A DNA stretch of 38,312 bases from Fidelibacterota bacterium (lineage in GTDB: Bacteria > Fidelibacterota > Marinisomatia > Marinisomatales > TCS55): assembly GCA_027251445.1 (NCBI GenBank), contig JAPNQO010000046.1:1-38312 (forward strand), written 5' to 3'. A model generated the notes under the pieces. That model did no database searches. It was not told the origin of the DNA and saw nothing but the letters and a program-made list of their open reading frames with translations. Position 1 is the stretch's first letter. The number at the start of each line of letters is the position of its first letter. Shown piece by piece: positions 1 to 9,676 of the stretch. A program made the position numbers and the translations under genes.

Positions 1-785
1 CCTAATTCATATCCAAACGATTTATAATGTAAAAATTCTTCATCTTCAACATATCTATCTACAGGCAAATGTTTACTTGTTGGCTGTAAATACTGTCCTA
101 TAGTAAAAATTGAAACACCCAAATCAGATACTTGTTCCATCGTGTTAAATACTTCGTCTTTTGTCTCTCCTAAACCTACCATCATACCAGTTTTTGTATG
201 CATTCCTTTATCTACAGCAAATTTTAATACATTTAGACTCCTATTCCAGTCCGCTTGACTACGCACACTTTTACTTATCCTTTCTACGCACTCTACATTG
301 TGACTGAATATTTCAGGCTTTGCTGAGAAAACATTTAATAAAGCAGGCTCAAAACCTTTAAAATCTGGAGTTAGGACTTCCACTGTACAACCTGGAACAT
401 GGTGGTGAATCTGTTGTATAGTTTCAGCCCAAATTTTTGAACCATAGTCTTCTTTTATATCATCACGATCAACAGATGTAATTACAACATGACGAAGGTT
501 CATTTTTTTAACAGCAAGCGCTGTACGAATAGGTTCCAAGGGGTCATCCCAAGTTGGCTTTCCAGTCTTAACTGAACAAAAACCACATGCTCTAGTACAT
601 ATATCACCCAGGATCATAATAGTAGCAGTACCTCTATCCCAACATTCATAAATGTTTGGGCATCTGGCCTCCTCACATACGGTATGCAAGTTATTATTCT
701 TGACTACCTGATCAACAAATTTATATCCATCTTTAATCTGGAGTTTAATCTTAGGCTTATACTGTTTTTTTATTTCTATTTTCAA
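1..785 (-). CDS. lipA: Lipoyl synthase (radical SAM), 3' end runs off the window
   Basis: Absent from the ORF track; manual translation from TTG at 785 gives LHTVCEEARCPNIYECW (auxiliary cluster CX4CX5C), CTRACGFC (radical SAM CX3CX2C) and TIGQYLQPTSKHLPVDRYV; frame open to the window edge. Confidence 0.96.
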   Translation of the reverse strand, partial: MKIEIKKQYKPKIKLQIKDGYKFVDQVVKNNNLHTVCEEARCPNIYECWDRGTATIMILGDICTRACGFCSVKTGKPTWDDPLEPIRTALAVKKMNLRHVVITSVDRDDIKEDYGSKIWAETIQQIHHHVPGCTVEVLTPDFKGFEPALLNVFSAKPEIFSHNVECVERISKSVRSQADWNRSLNVLKFAVDKGMHTKTGMMVGLGETKDEVFNTMEQVSDLGVSIFTIGQYLQPTSKHLPVDRYVEDEEFLHYKSFGYEL

Positions 786-790
786 ATGCG

Positions 791-1609
791 TTATACTTTC
801 TGAAATAAGTAAATCATATATTTTCTATACTTTCTAAACTCATCACTTTTCATTAGATCTAATTGATCCATTTTCTTTGAAACTTTTTTTTCGAATACAG
901 ATTTTATTAGCCTATAAATGTAAGGATTTTTACGTTGAACAGAATACTGGAGATATTCTGCTGTAGGGAAAATAAATCGATTAATAAAATGCAATGCTGC
1001 ATCTAAAGTGGGCATTGTATTTTCAGTTTGATCATATTCTTTTAAGAGTTGAAACCCTGAAGACTTTGCAGTATTAAGATATTCATCCATACGATGTGAT
1101 GATTTTAAATGTGGACTTTGATCTTCAAAATTATATACAAAATAATCAGCTGCTAGTAAGTAGCCACCTTCTCTTAAAGCTCTACGGGCAACAGAAAAGC
1201 CTTCATTAATTTTAATATAACATGCACTTTCACTTTCCAAGATCATGTCATAAGTATTATTAGGATTAAAATCTTCAAACTTTGTTTTAAAAAATTTCAT
1301 TTCCCCATTAAACTTATTTTTTATGAATTCTTCTTGATATGCATCAGGCGATAATACATCAATTAGATACCCCTTCTCTTTTAAATATGCTGCATTTCCA
1401 CCAACCCCACAGCCTACGTCAATAATATTCTTTACATCTTCAGGTATAAAAGAAGCAAGATGTTCAATATATCGTCCTTGAGCATTTACAATATCTTCAA
1501 TTGATAATAAATTAGTATCTATGGTTTTTGGATCATCCCAAAAACCATAGTGTAGATATGGCGACTGAATTGTTTCAGAATAAAGTTTTAATACATGATC
1601 AATAGCCAT
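791..1609 (-). CDS. Class I SAM-dependent methyltransferase (HYGxW type, related to sterol/tocopherol/lipid methyltransferases); substrate unknown
   Basis: YLHYGFW N-terminal motif, SAM motif I IIDVGCGVGG, YDMILESES, LREGGYLL; ATG at 1609 overlaps the E2 stop (TGATG). Confidence 0.85.
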   Translation of the reverse strand: MAIDHVLKLYSETIQSPYLHYGFWDDPKTIDTNLLSIEDIVNAQGRYIEHLASFIPEDVKNIIDVGCGVGGNAAYLKEKGYLIDVLSPDAYQEEFIKNKFNGEMKFFKTKFEDFNPNNTYDMILESESACYIKINEGFSVARRALREGGYLLAADYFVYNFEDQSPHLKSSHRMDEYLNTAKSSGFQLLKEYDQTENTMPTLDAALHFINRFIFPTAEYLQYSVQRKNPYIYRLIKSVFEKKVSKKMDQLDLMKSDEFRKYRKYMIYLFQKV

Positions 1610-2859
1610 CAAAAAAGGTCCATCAAATCCATATTTTCAATTTCTAATCTAATTTTTTCTATAAACTGACTTCCTCCAGCACCATCAATAAGCCTATGAT
1701 CAAAACCCAAGCTAAGAATCATGCGACTTCTGATACCAATTGTATCACCAAGCTCACTTTCTATAACAACAGGTTGCTTTTTAATAGCGCCAACGCCAAG
1801 AATCCCTACATTTGGTTGATTAATAATTGGCGTCCCCATTGTAACATTAAAAACGCCAAAATTTGATATAGAAAAAGTTGATCCCTGCAGCTCATCAGGT
1901 TGTAAGTTTTTTGAACGAGCCCTAACAGTAAGATCATTAACCCTTCGACACAAACCAAGGAAATTTACCTCTTCACATTTTTCAATAACCGGCACCATAA
2001 GTCCATCATCTAAAGATACTGCAATACCTATATTAATATTTTTCCTTTGTATTATTTCATTTCCATCTAAAGATGAATTCATTAGAGGAAATTGTATAAT
2101 AGCTTTTACGACTGCATTAACTATAAAAGGCGTATAAGTAAGCTTAAATGATTCTTTATCTAAAAAAGAAGTTTCATTTTGGTTTACATAATTAACTATA
2201 TCCGTCATATCTACCTCCGTCATAACATATACATGAGCTGCAGTATCTAAACTAGCGCGCATATGATCGGCTATTCTTTTTCTCATATATTCCATCTCAA
2301 CAATATTATCACTCATTGTTAATTCGTTCGCAGGCTCAGTTGATTCTTTACGATTTTCTAAGTACAACAATATGTCTTTCTTTGTAACTCTACCGCTTCT
2401 ACCTGATCCTTGTACTAATTCTAACTCATTCATTGATATATTATTTTCGCTAGCAATTTTCATAACCACAGGAGTAAAGAATGAACGACTAGAATTATCA
2501 ATTTTCTTTTTTGGGGTTATTGACGGCTTTTTAATTTCAGGCTTTGGTGCTTCCTTCGTTTCCGTGCTTTCAGCTATTGCATCACTATTATCAGTAATGG
2601 TATCAGTAGATTGAGCATCTGCTTCAGTATTTATTCTAGCAATAACTTTACCAACATCTATGACATCATTTGGCTTAGCTAAAATTTCTACTAAGATACC
2701 AGCTGCTGGAGAAGGAATTTCCGAGTCAACTTTATCCGTCCCTATTTCTAAAAATATTTCATCTTTTTCTACTGTATCACCAATTTTTTTGCGCCATTCT
2801 ATTATTGTCCCCTCTGTAATAGATTCACCCATCTTTGGCATAATTATATCAACTAACAT
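1609..2859 (-). CDS. Dihydrolipoamide acyltransferase E2 of a 2-oxoacid dehydrogenase complex (single lipoyl domain)
   Basis: Lipoyl domain MPKMGESITEG...TDKVDSEI, E3-binding GSGRSGRVTKKD, catalytic FDHRLIDG. Confidence 0.95.
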   Translation of the reverse strand: MLVDIIMPKMGESITEGTIIEWRKKIGDTVEKDEIFLEIGTDKVDSEIPSPAAGILVEILAKPNDVIDVGKVIARINTEADAQSTDTITDNSDAIAESTETKEAPKPEIKKPSITPKKKIDNSSRSFFTPVVMKIASENNISMNELELVQGSGRSGRVTKKDILLYLENRKESTEPANELTMSDNIVEMEYMRKRIADHMRASLDTAAHVYVMTEVDMTDIVNYVNQNETSFLDKESFKLTYTPFIVNAVVKAIIQFPLMNSSLDGNEIIQRKNINIGIAVSLDDGLMVPVIEKCEEVNFLGLCRRVNDLTVRARSKNLQPDELQGSTFSISNFGVFNVTMGTPIINQPNVGILGVGAIKKQPVVIESELGDTIGIRSRMILSLGFDHRLIDGAGGSQFIEKIRLEIENMDLMDLF

Positions 2860-4865
2860 TAGTACTCCAACAATTCAATTAACGTTTCTTTGATATCTTC
2901 CATTTGAGGTAAAATATCCTCCTCCAGATACATGTTATATGGCACTGGGCTATCTTTTGAGGCAACTCTTCTAATCGGGCCATCAAGCATTTCAAAGCAA
3001 CGATCACTAATTAAAGAAGATATCTCTGCTCCAGGGCCATTTGTTAAGTTATCTTCATAAACAATTAAAGCTTTACCAGTTTTATTTATTGACATTTCGA
3101 TTGATGTAAAGTCTAAAGGATTTAAAGTTCTAAGATCAATTATCTCAACTGTATTATCACTAATATTAAGATCGTTCACAGCATCAATAGTTAATTGCAC
3201 CATAGCACCCCAAGTTATAATTGACAGATCAGATCCTTCTTGAACTATTTTTGATTTACCAAATGGAATCAAGTAATCATCATCTGGTTCAGGAGAAGCT
3301 GCATAACCTTGACGATATAAACTTTTATGCTCCATAAAAATTACAGGATCGTCCATACGACATGCCATTTTTAATAACCCTTTTGCATCAGAAGCATTTG
3401 ATGGATATGCTATATATATACCAGGCATATGTATAAAATAACCATCAATTGATTGACTATGACATAAACCTCCATGAATATAACCACCAACTGGCACACG
3501 TATAACTGCTGAACAAGACCATGTATTATTTGATCGATAACGTATGGTAGCTAACTCATTACGAATTTGCATCATGGCAGTCCATATATAATCAGCAAAC
3601 TGTATTTCGACAACTGGCTTATACCCAGCAGTCGCTAATCCCACCGCTGAACCAATAATTGATGATTCTGCAAGAGGGCTATTAAAGACTCTTCCTTTTC
3701 CATATTTAGATGACAGGCCTTTAGTAGCGGTAAATACTCCACCTTTTGGATCTGCTATGTCCTGTCCATAAACAATCATTCTTTTGTTTCGATCCATTTC
3801 TTCGGCAAGCGCATGATTAACTGCGTCAACAAATACAGTTTTATCTTTTGAGAACTCCGGATTACCATTATACTCAGGGACATAACCGCTATATATATAA
3901 TTTGTAGCAGTTGATGAATCAGGATGCTCTTGATTCTCAGCCCAATCTGCATCCACATCAACATTATCTTTTAATTGGATTTGAAGTTGATCAAAATCTT
4001 CTTTTTTAATTATACCATTTGAAATGCATTCATCTGAAAACTTTTTAATGGGATCGTTTTTTTCCATCTGCACAATTTCTTTCTTGGTGCGATATTTTAA
4101 ATGATCATCTGAAGAAGAATGAGGCTGTAATCTATCAACATGGGTAACAATTACTGCAGGGCCCATACCTTTTCTTGCTCTATCTACGGCTTTTTTAAAT
4201 GCTAAATGTGTTTCAAAATAATCCGATCCATCTACATCGTAACGTGCAAGGTGTTGATATCCTGAAACCATTGAAAATATTGATTCTCCAGATGTTTGTT
4301 CAGATATATGGACACTAATTGCATAATCATTATCCTGCACATGAAAAATAACAGGCAATTTTTCTCGACTAGACCAATTTAAAGCTTCATGAAAATCACC
4401 TTGGCTTGTTGTCCCTTCGCCTGATGAAACGTAAACCACTTCTTTATTCTTATTTAATTTACATGCCATAGCACACCCAACTGCTTGCAAATATTGCGTG
4501 CCGGTAGGGCTTGATTGAGTAACAATATTTAAGTCTCGCTTACCATAATGATGTGGCATTTGTCGCCCACCCGAAGATGGATCATCAGATTTAGCAAAGA
4601 ATGCTAATAAATGATCTTTAGCTGTCATGCCAACACCTAATGTAAACGCACTATCTCTATAATATGGATAAAACCAATCTTTCGCTGACTTTAAATTAAA
4701 TGACGCTGCGGTTTGCGCAGCTTCATGGCCAGAGCATGCCATGTGAAAGAAGCCTTTTCCTTGCCTTAATAGTATTGCCATTTTTTCATCAAGTTTTCTA
4801 GCTAGAACCATATTTTCATAAACTTTAATTAACTCTTTTTTTTGAAAACCATATAAACGTGCCAT
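2859..4865 (-). CDS. Fused E1 alpha/beta 2-oxoacid dehydrogenase, probably branched-chain (2-oxoisovalerate) type
   Basis: Alpha half: GHEAAQ, PYYRD, GGRQMPHHYG, ThDP motif GEGTTSQGDFHE...N, PHSSSDD; beta half: GGVFTAT, FNSPLAESSI, EIQFADY, HSQS; TAATG overlap with E2. Confidence 0.92.
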   Translation of the reverse strand: MARLYGFQKKELIKVYENMVLARKLDEKMAILLRQGKGFFHMACSGHEAAQTAASFNLKSAKDWFYPYYRDSAFTLGVGMTAKDHLLAFFAKSDDPSSGGRQMPHHYGKRDLNIVTQSSPTGTQYLQAVGCAMACKLNKNKEVVYVSSGEGTTSQGDFHEALNWSSREKLPVIFHVQDNDYAISVHISEQTSGESIFSMVSGYQHLARYDVDGSDYFETHLAFKKAVDRARKGMGPAVIVTHVDRLQPHSSSDDHLKYRTKKEIVQMEKNDPIKKFSDECISNGIIKKEDFDQLQIQLKDNVDVDADWAENQEHPDSSTATNYIYSGYVPEYNGNPEFSKDKTVFVDAVNHALAEEMDRNKRMIVYGQDIADPKGGVFTATKGLSSKYGKGRVFNSPLAESSIIGSAVGLATAGYKPVVEIQFADYIWTAMMQIRNELATIRYRSNNTWSCSAVIRVPVGGYIHGGLCHSQSIDGYFIHMPGIYIAYPSNASDAKGLLKMACRMDDPVIFMEHKSLYRQGYAASPEPDDDYLIPFGKSKIVQEGSDLSIITWGAMVQLTIDAVNDLNISDNTVEIIDLRTLNPLDFTSIEMSINKTGKALIVYEDNLTNGPGAEISSLISDRCFEMLDGPIRRVASKDSPVPYNMYLEEDILPQMEDIKETLIELLEY

Positions 4866-4867
4866 AA

Positions 4868-5539
4868 TTATTTATCCAATGTATAATCAACGCTAAACTG
4901 ATAAAGAAATTTCTTAATAATAGTTTTTTTAACATGTTCATAGTCAACAGTTTTATTAAGAACACCTGACATACTTGTTACTCCATGTTCAAAAATTCCA
5001 CATGGAATAATATTTTTATAATGATTTAGGTTAGGGTCAATATTTAATGAAAATCCATGCATTGTGATCCATCTAGATACTCTAACTCCCAGAGCTGCAA
5101 TCTTTTCATTATTACACCATACTCCCGTTAATCCTTTTTTTCGATTAGCGGTAATATTATAATCAAATAAGGTGTCAATAATTACCTGTTCTAAACTTCG
5201 CATGTACCAACTAATGCTTTTTTTATAATTGCGTAAATCAAGAATGGGGTATCCCACTAGTTGGCCTGGTCCATGATAAGTGACGTCTCCTCCTCTTTCA
5301 ATATGATACGTTTTTATATTATCTGGACAGTTTTGAAGTATATGGTTTTCATCAGCATTTTTACCTAAAGTAAAAACAGGCTCATGTTCTACTAATATTA
5401 AAGTATCGTTTATTTCATTATTAGATCTTTTTTTCAGTAATTCTTTTTGGTAATTCCATGTTTTCTTGTACAATAATTTTCCTAAATCCTGAATATCAAT
5501 TTTTGTATTTACTAAAGTATTATTCATTGTTTTAATCAT
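4868..5539 (-). CDS. lipB: Octanoyltransferase LipB
   Basis: EHEPVFTLG, RGGDVTYHGPGQLVGYP, KIAALG, HGFSLN, IIPCG; ATGA overlap with lpdA. Confidence 0.96.
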   Translation of the reverse strand: MIKTMNNTLVNTKIDIQDLGKLLYKKTWNYQKELLKKRSNNEINDTLILVEHEPVFTLGKNADENHILQNCPDNIKTYHIERGGDVTYHGPGQLVGYPILDLRNYKKSISWYMRSLEQVIIDTLFDYNITANRKKGLTGVWCNNEKIAALGVRVSRWITMHGFSLNIDPNLNHYKNIIPCGIFEHGVTSMSGVLNKTVDYEHVKKTIIKKFLYQFSVDYTLDK

Positions 5540-6927
5540 TGATGAACCCCGCTACCATAAGCATCCATAGCTGCTTCCATGATCGCCTCCGAAAGAGTTG
5601 GGTGCGGATGCATAGTGTAGGCAAGATTTTCCCAGGTAGCCTCAAGATTTTTTGCTAAAACTAATTCCTGAATTAGTTCTGTAGCTTCTGACCCTATAAT
5701 ATGACATCCAAGCAATTCTCCATACTTTGAATCAAAAATTATCTTTACAAAACCTTCCGGCTTTCCAATAGATAGAGCCTTACCACTTGATTTAAAGTGA
5801 AATTTTCCTACTTTAATATTATGTCCCGCTTCTTTTGCTTGAATTTCTGTTAAGCCTAGTGATGCAACTTGAGGCTGACAGTATGTGCAGGCTGGAATAT
5901 TATTATAATCAATTGGATGTGTGCTGACATTTTTTATTTTTTCTATTGCAATATGTCCCTGAGCTGATGCTACATGCGCTAACCAAGGGGGGCCAGAGAC
6001 ATCTCCAATTGCAAAAATATTTGGTATACTAGTTTGACAATAATCATCGGTTTCAATAGATCCATTATTTGTACTTACACCAATTGAATCTAAGCCAATA
6101 TCCTCGATATTTCCCGTTATACCAATAGCAACAAGAACTACCTTAGATTCTATAATAGTCCTTTTATTACCACTTTTAATATGAACTTTTACTTTTGTTT
6201 TTAATTTTTCAACCTTTTCAACAATTGTATTAGTATTTATCTGAATCCCAGAATTGACAAATTGTTTTCTTAATTCTTTAGAAATATCTTCATCCTCCAT
6301 TGGCAAAACTCTTTCCAGCATTTCAATCATAGTAATTTTTGATCCACAGGAATTGTAAAAATATGCAAATTCACAACCAATAGCTCCACCGCCAATAATT
6401 ACCATATCTTTAGGAGGGGTTTTAAGAATCATCGCTTCTTTTGAACTGATAATCTGTTTACCATCTATCTTAAGTTCTGGTATAGTTCTTGGCCTACCTC
6501 CTGTAGCAATAATAAAATGTTTTGCTTCAACATTAGTAACTTTTTTTCCTTTAGAAACTTCGATATTATTCTTTTTTGTAAAAACTCCCCTACCTTGAAT
6601 ATGGGTTATATTATTCTTTTTCATCAAATAAGAAATTCCCTTAGACAATCTTTCAGAAATTTGTCTACTTCTATTAATAATCTTATCAAAGTCTATTGAA
6701 TATGATGATATTGAAATACCATATTGATCTGCATTTTTTATTGATTCAATCATTTCAGCATTTTTTAATAAAGCTTTCGTTGGTATACATCCCCAATTAA
6801 GGCAAATACCACCTAATTCATCTTGATCAATAATCGCAGTCTTTAAACCTAACTGAGAAGCTTTAATTGCAGCAACATAACCACCGGGCCCTCCACCCAA
6901 AATTGCTATATCATATGACTTATTCAT
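5536..6927 (-). CDS. lpdA: Dihydrolipoyl dehydrogenase E3
   Basis: GGGPGGY FAD motif, GGICLNWGCIPTK redox disulfide, GGGAIG NAD motif, HPHPTLSE. Confidence 0.97.
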   Translation of the reverse strand: MNKSYDIAILGGGPGGYVAAIKASQLGLKTAIIDQDELGGICLNWGCIPTKALLKNAEMIESIKNADQYGISISSYSIDFDKIINRSRQISERLSKGISYLMKKNNITHIQGRGVFTKKNNIEVSKGKKVTNVEAKHFIIATGGRPRTIPELKIDGKQIISSKEAMILKTPPKDMVIIGGGAIGCEFAYFYNSCGSKITMIEMLERVLPMEDEDISKELRKQFVNSGIQINTNTIVEKVEKLKTKVKVHIKSGNKRTIIESKVVLVAIGITGNIEDIGLDSIGVSTNNGSIETDDYCQTSIPNIFAIGDVSGPPWLAHVASAQGHIAIEKIKNVSTHPIDYNNIPACTYCQPQVASLGLTEIQAKEAGHNIKVGKFHFKSSGKALSIGKPEGFVKIIFDSKYGELLGCHIIGSEATELIQELVLAKNLEATWENLAYTMHPHPTLSEAIMEAAMDAYGSGVHQ

Positions 6928-6968
6928 ATTATAATTAATATATATAAGTTAAAATTTTATATAATCAC

Positions 6969-7538
6969 TCAAACACTTATCCGATTAATTAAAGACATGA
7001 ATTCATTACGTGTTCTTACTGACTCTCTAAATTTCCCTAACATGGTGGAAGTTGTTGCTAAACTATTCTGTTTTTCAACACCACGCATTTGCATACACAT
7101 ATGTCTTCCTTCCATTACAATAGCTACACCAATAGGTTTCAATACAAGATGAATTGCATCAGCTATTTGATGAGTTAACCTTTCTTGAACTTGTAACCTG
7201 CGAGAAAACATATCGATGATCCTTGGTATTTTTGATAATCCAATTATTCTTCCATCTGGTATGTATCCTACATGTGCTTTTCCAAAAAATGGTAATAAAT
7301 GATGCTCACATAAACTAAAGAATTCTACATCACGGACAACAACCATATCTTTTGAGGATTCGTTAAAGATTGCATTATTAACAATCACTTCCAAATCTTG
7401 ACCATAACCTTGTGAAAAATACTGCCATGCCTTTGATACTCTAGTTGGCGTTCGGGCTAAGCCTTCTCTTTTAGGATCCTCACCTATTTCTTGAAGTAAT
7501 TGATAAGTTAAATTTTCTAATTTCTCATTGTTTTCCAT
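6969..7538 (-). CDS. folE: GTP cyclohydrolase I
   Basis: [43 protein letters not shown]. Confidence 0.97.
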   Translation of the reverse strand: MENNEKLENLTYQLLQEIGEDPKREGLARTPTRVSKAWQYFSQGYGQDLEVIVNNAIFNESSKDMVVVRDVEFFSLCEHHLLPFFGKAHVGYIPDGRIIGLSKIPRIIDMFSRRLQVQERLTHQIADAIHLVLKPIGVAIVMEGRHMCMQMRGVEKQNSLATTSTMLGKFRESVRTRNEFMSLINRISV

Positions 7539-7541
7539 AAT

Positions 7542-8213
7542 TTATCCTTCTTCAATATTTGCTATTTCTATTTTACCTTTTAACAAACGAAGTATACCGT
7601 AAATAATCGGAGTATCTATTAGCGCCATCATCATTTTAAATAACCATCCATCAAAAATGGCAGATAAGATTTGATCAGATTCCCAAACCCCAACAAATAA
7701 AATACAAATTACTAATGTAGTATCTACTAATTGCGATGCAATAGTTGACCCATTATTTCTAATCCACAAATGTTTACCATTTGTTAATCTTTTCCAGAAA
7801 TGAAATATTCTGACATCAATAAATTGAGCAAATAAATAAGCCACCATTGATGCCGCTATTAACCTCCAGGCATTACGAAAGACAGCATTATATATATTAT
7901 CATCAACAATAGAAGTTGGTATTGCATTAAATTGACCACCAAGCCATAGAAACAATAAAACAAATAACGAAGCAACAAAACCTGAAAAAACGACTAGGTT
8001 GGCCTTCTTTTGCCCGTAAAGTTCTGAAATTAGATCTGTTACAAGGAATGTTAATGGATACGGAAGAATTCCAGCTGAAACTATAAAAACCTTAAATCCA
8101 AAATCAACTGTAACAAATTTATTTGCAATCAGATTACAAGTAACAAGCGAGGAAATAAAAATACCTGCAAGTACTAGATAAAATTTTTCTTTGAATGTAT
8201 TATCCTGGCCCAT
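7542..8213 (-). CDS. yhhQ: Queuosine-precursor transporter (YhhQ/VUT family)
   Basis: Multi-TM protein; YPLTFLVTDLISELYG, ASMVAYLFAQFID, HLWIRNNGSTIASQLVDT, DTP; start moved to ATG 8213, giving a 14-bp overlap with the PTPS gene end. Confidence 0.88.
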   Translation of the reverse strand: MGQDNTFKEKFYLVLAGIFISSLVTCNLIANKFVTVDFGFKVFIVSAGILPYPLTFLVTDLISELYGQKKANLVVFSGFVASLFVLLFLWLGGQFNAIPTSIVDDNIYNAVFRNAWRLIAASMVAYLFAQFIDVRIFHFWKRLTNGKHLWIRNNGSTIASQLVDTTLVICILFVGVWESDQILSAIFDGWLFKMMMALIDTPIIYGILRLLKGKIEIANIEEG

Positions 8214-8610
8214 AGTAATCTGTAAATATTGTTGGAGTTTCATGTAAACGAATTCTATGCAGGCAATTTGAATCAAAATCTTTAACAATTTGATTCCAAA
8301 TGAAAATTACTAAATTTTCTGAACTCGGCTGTTTATCATTAAACCAATCAACTTCTACATCAAATTGAGAATGATCCAATATATCAATAACATTTTTTTG
8401 AACAATAGCCTTTAACTGTAAAAGATCAACAATGAATCCAGTATCATGGTTAATCGGCCCAGAAACCATAACTTCTAAAGTGTAATTATGCCCATGTATT
8501 TTAGAATCTGGACCAAAGACTTTCCAATTTTTCTCATCACTCCAATTTTGATGCCCATACTGGTGTGCAGCATTAAAATAAAAAACTTTAGTTAGAAAAG
8601 GTCCATTCAT
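8200..8610 (-). CDS. 6-pyruvoyl/6-carboxy-tetrahydropterin synthase family (PTPS/QueD, COG0720), non-canonical active-site motif
   Basis: FNAAH, HGHNY, LDH, PSSEN, LHET; Asp (DSKIHGH) where Cys is usual; likely start ATG 8610. Confidence 0.88.
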   Translation of the reverse strand: MNGPFLTKVFYFNAAHQYGHQNWSDEKNWKVFGPDSKIHGHNYTLEVMVSGPINHDTGFIVDLLQLKAIVQKNVIDILDHSQFDVEVDWFNDKQPSSENLVIFIWNQIVKDFDSNCLHRIRLHETPTIFTDYYGPG

Positions 8611-8694
8611 ATTATTTGTATTATACAAATTTTATTTATACTAGAATTTATATTAATAGCTTCTTAAAAAGAGACAATAATTGAAAATGTTCCA

Positions 8695-9333
8695 TTAATT
8701 ATTTATGGATGACGGACAAAGATCTGATAATATACATTTATTACATTGAGGTCTGCGGGCGATACATACAGCTCGCCCATGATCAATGATCATATGTGTA
8801 AGATTTACCCAATACTTTTTATTAAAAATATCCATCAACTCTATTTCAATCTTTTTCGGATCCTTCGATGATGTGTAACCAAGTAAATTCATAATTCTAA
8901 TCATATGAGTATCAATAACCATAGAAGGCGTATTAAAACACTCACCCAATATGCAATTAGCAGTTTTCCTCCCGACCCCTGGTAACTTAATTAATTCATC
9001 CATTGTCTGAGGAACTTTTCCATTATAATCTTCAATAATTGCTATTGATGATCCTTGTATACTTTTTGCTTTTTGATTATGATATCCACATGAAAATATT
9101 TTTTTAGATAGTTCTTTTAAATCTGCATTAGCAAATGATTCTATATTCGGATATTTTTTGAATAGGTCGGGGAGCACTTGATTCACACGATGGTCTGTGC
9201 ATTGTGCCGATAAAATAGTTGCAACAAGCAGTTCATGTGGAGACTGATAATTAAGAGAGCATTTTGAATCAGGGTATTCCTTTTTCAATAGCTTAACTAT
9301 TTTATCAGGTTCTAATCGAACAGAATGATTCAT
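8695..9333 (-). CDS. nth: Endonuclease III
   Basis: LLVATILSAQCTD, HhH LPGVGRKTAN, DTH, [4Fe-4S] CIARRPQCNKCILSDLC. Confidence 0.96.
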   Translation of the reverse strand: MNHSVRLEPDKIVKLLKKEYPDSKCSLNYQSPHELLVATILSAQCTDHRVNQVLPDLFKKYPNIESFANADLKELSKKIFSCGYHNQKAKSIQGSSIAIIEDYNGKVPQTMDELIKLPGVGRKTANCILGECFNTPSMVIDTHMIRIMNLLGYTSSKDPKKIEIELMDIFNKKYWVNLTHMIIDHGRAVCIARRPQCNKCILSDLCPSSINN

Positions 9334-9340
9334 TAAAATC

Positions 9341-9676
9341 TTAATTATTTTTCGATAAAATGGAATCTATATTTTTAATTAAGGAAGAACGAAGATAGAT
9401 AATTTCACAACCTGCTTCTCGATAATCCTCCCATAAACTTTTTTTAATTTCATTCATAACCCCAATTATCCTTATAGCAGAATGTTTTTCAAGAATTTTT
9501 ACTATTCTTTTCGGTCTAATTTCATCATCATCTAGATCGATAATAAATAATTCTTTATTATCAATTAAATCATCTAGATTATCGATGAAAATAATTTTTT
9601 TATTAGCATGCAATAACTTTTCAGATAAAGTTGTTCCAAACTCTAAATCATTAGTAAATACTAAAATATTATTCAT
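9341..9676 (-). CDS. Hypothetical protein, atypical single-domain receiver (CheY-like) fold
   Basis: beta/alpha pattern ILVFTND...FIIDLD...IIGV...EAGCEIIYLRS resembles a receiver domain; canonical Lys-Pro absent. Confidence 0.5.
   Translation of the reverse strand: MNNILVFTNDLEFGTTLSEKLLHANKKIIFIDNLDDLIDNKELFIIDLDDDEIRPKRIVKILEKHSAIRIIGVMNEIKKSLWEDYREAGCEIIYLRSSLIKNIDSILSKNN

Noticed and set aside
2372..2893. Plus-strand ORFs 2372-2614 and 2660-2893
   Set aside because: Antisense shadows of the E2 gene with no motifs
8214..8288. Long N-terminal extension of yhhQ overlapping the PTPS gene by 89 bp
   Set aside because: Longest-ORF artefact; ATG at 8213 gives a normal-length protein
8611..8694. 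Possible preQ1 riboswitch upstream of the PTPS-yhhQ-folE genes
   Set aside because: Only AT-rich sequence; no convincing P1 stem with conserved loop and A-rich tail. An Rfam covariance search would settle it
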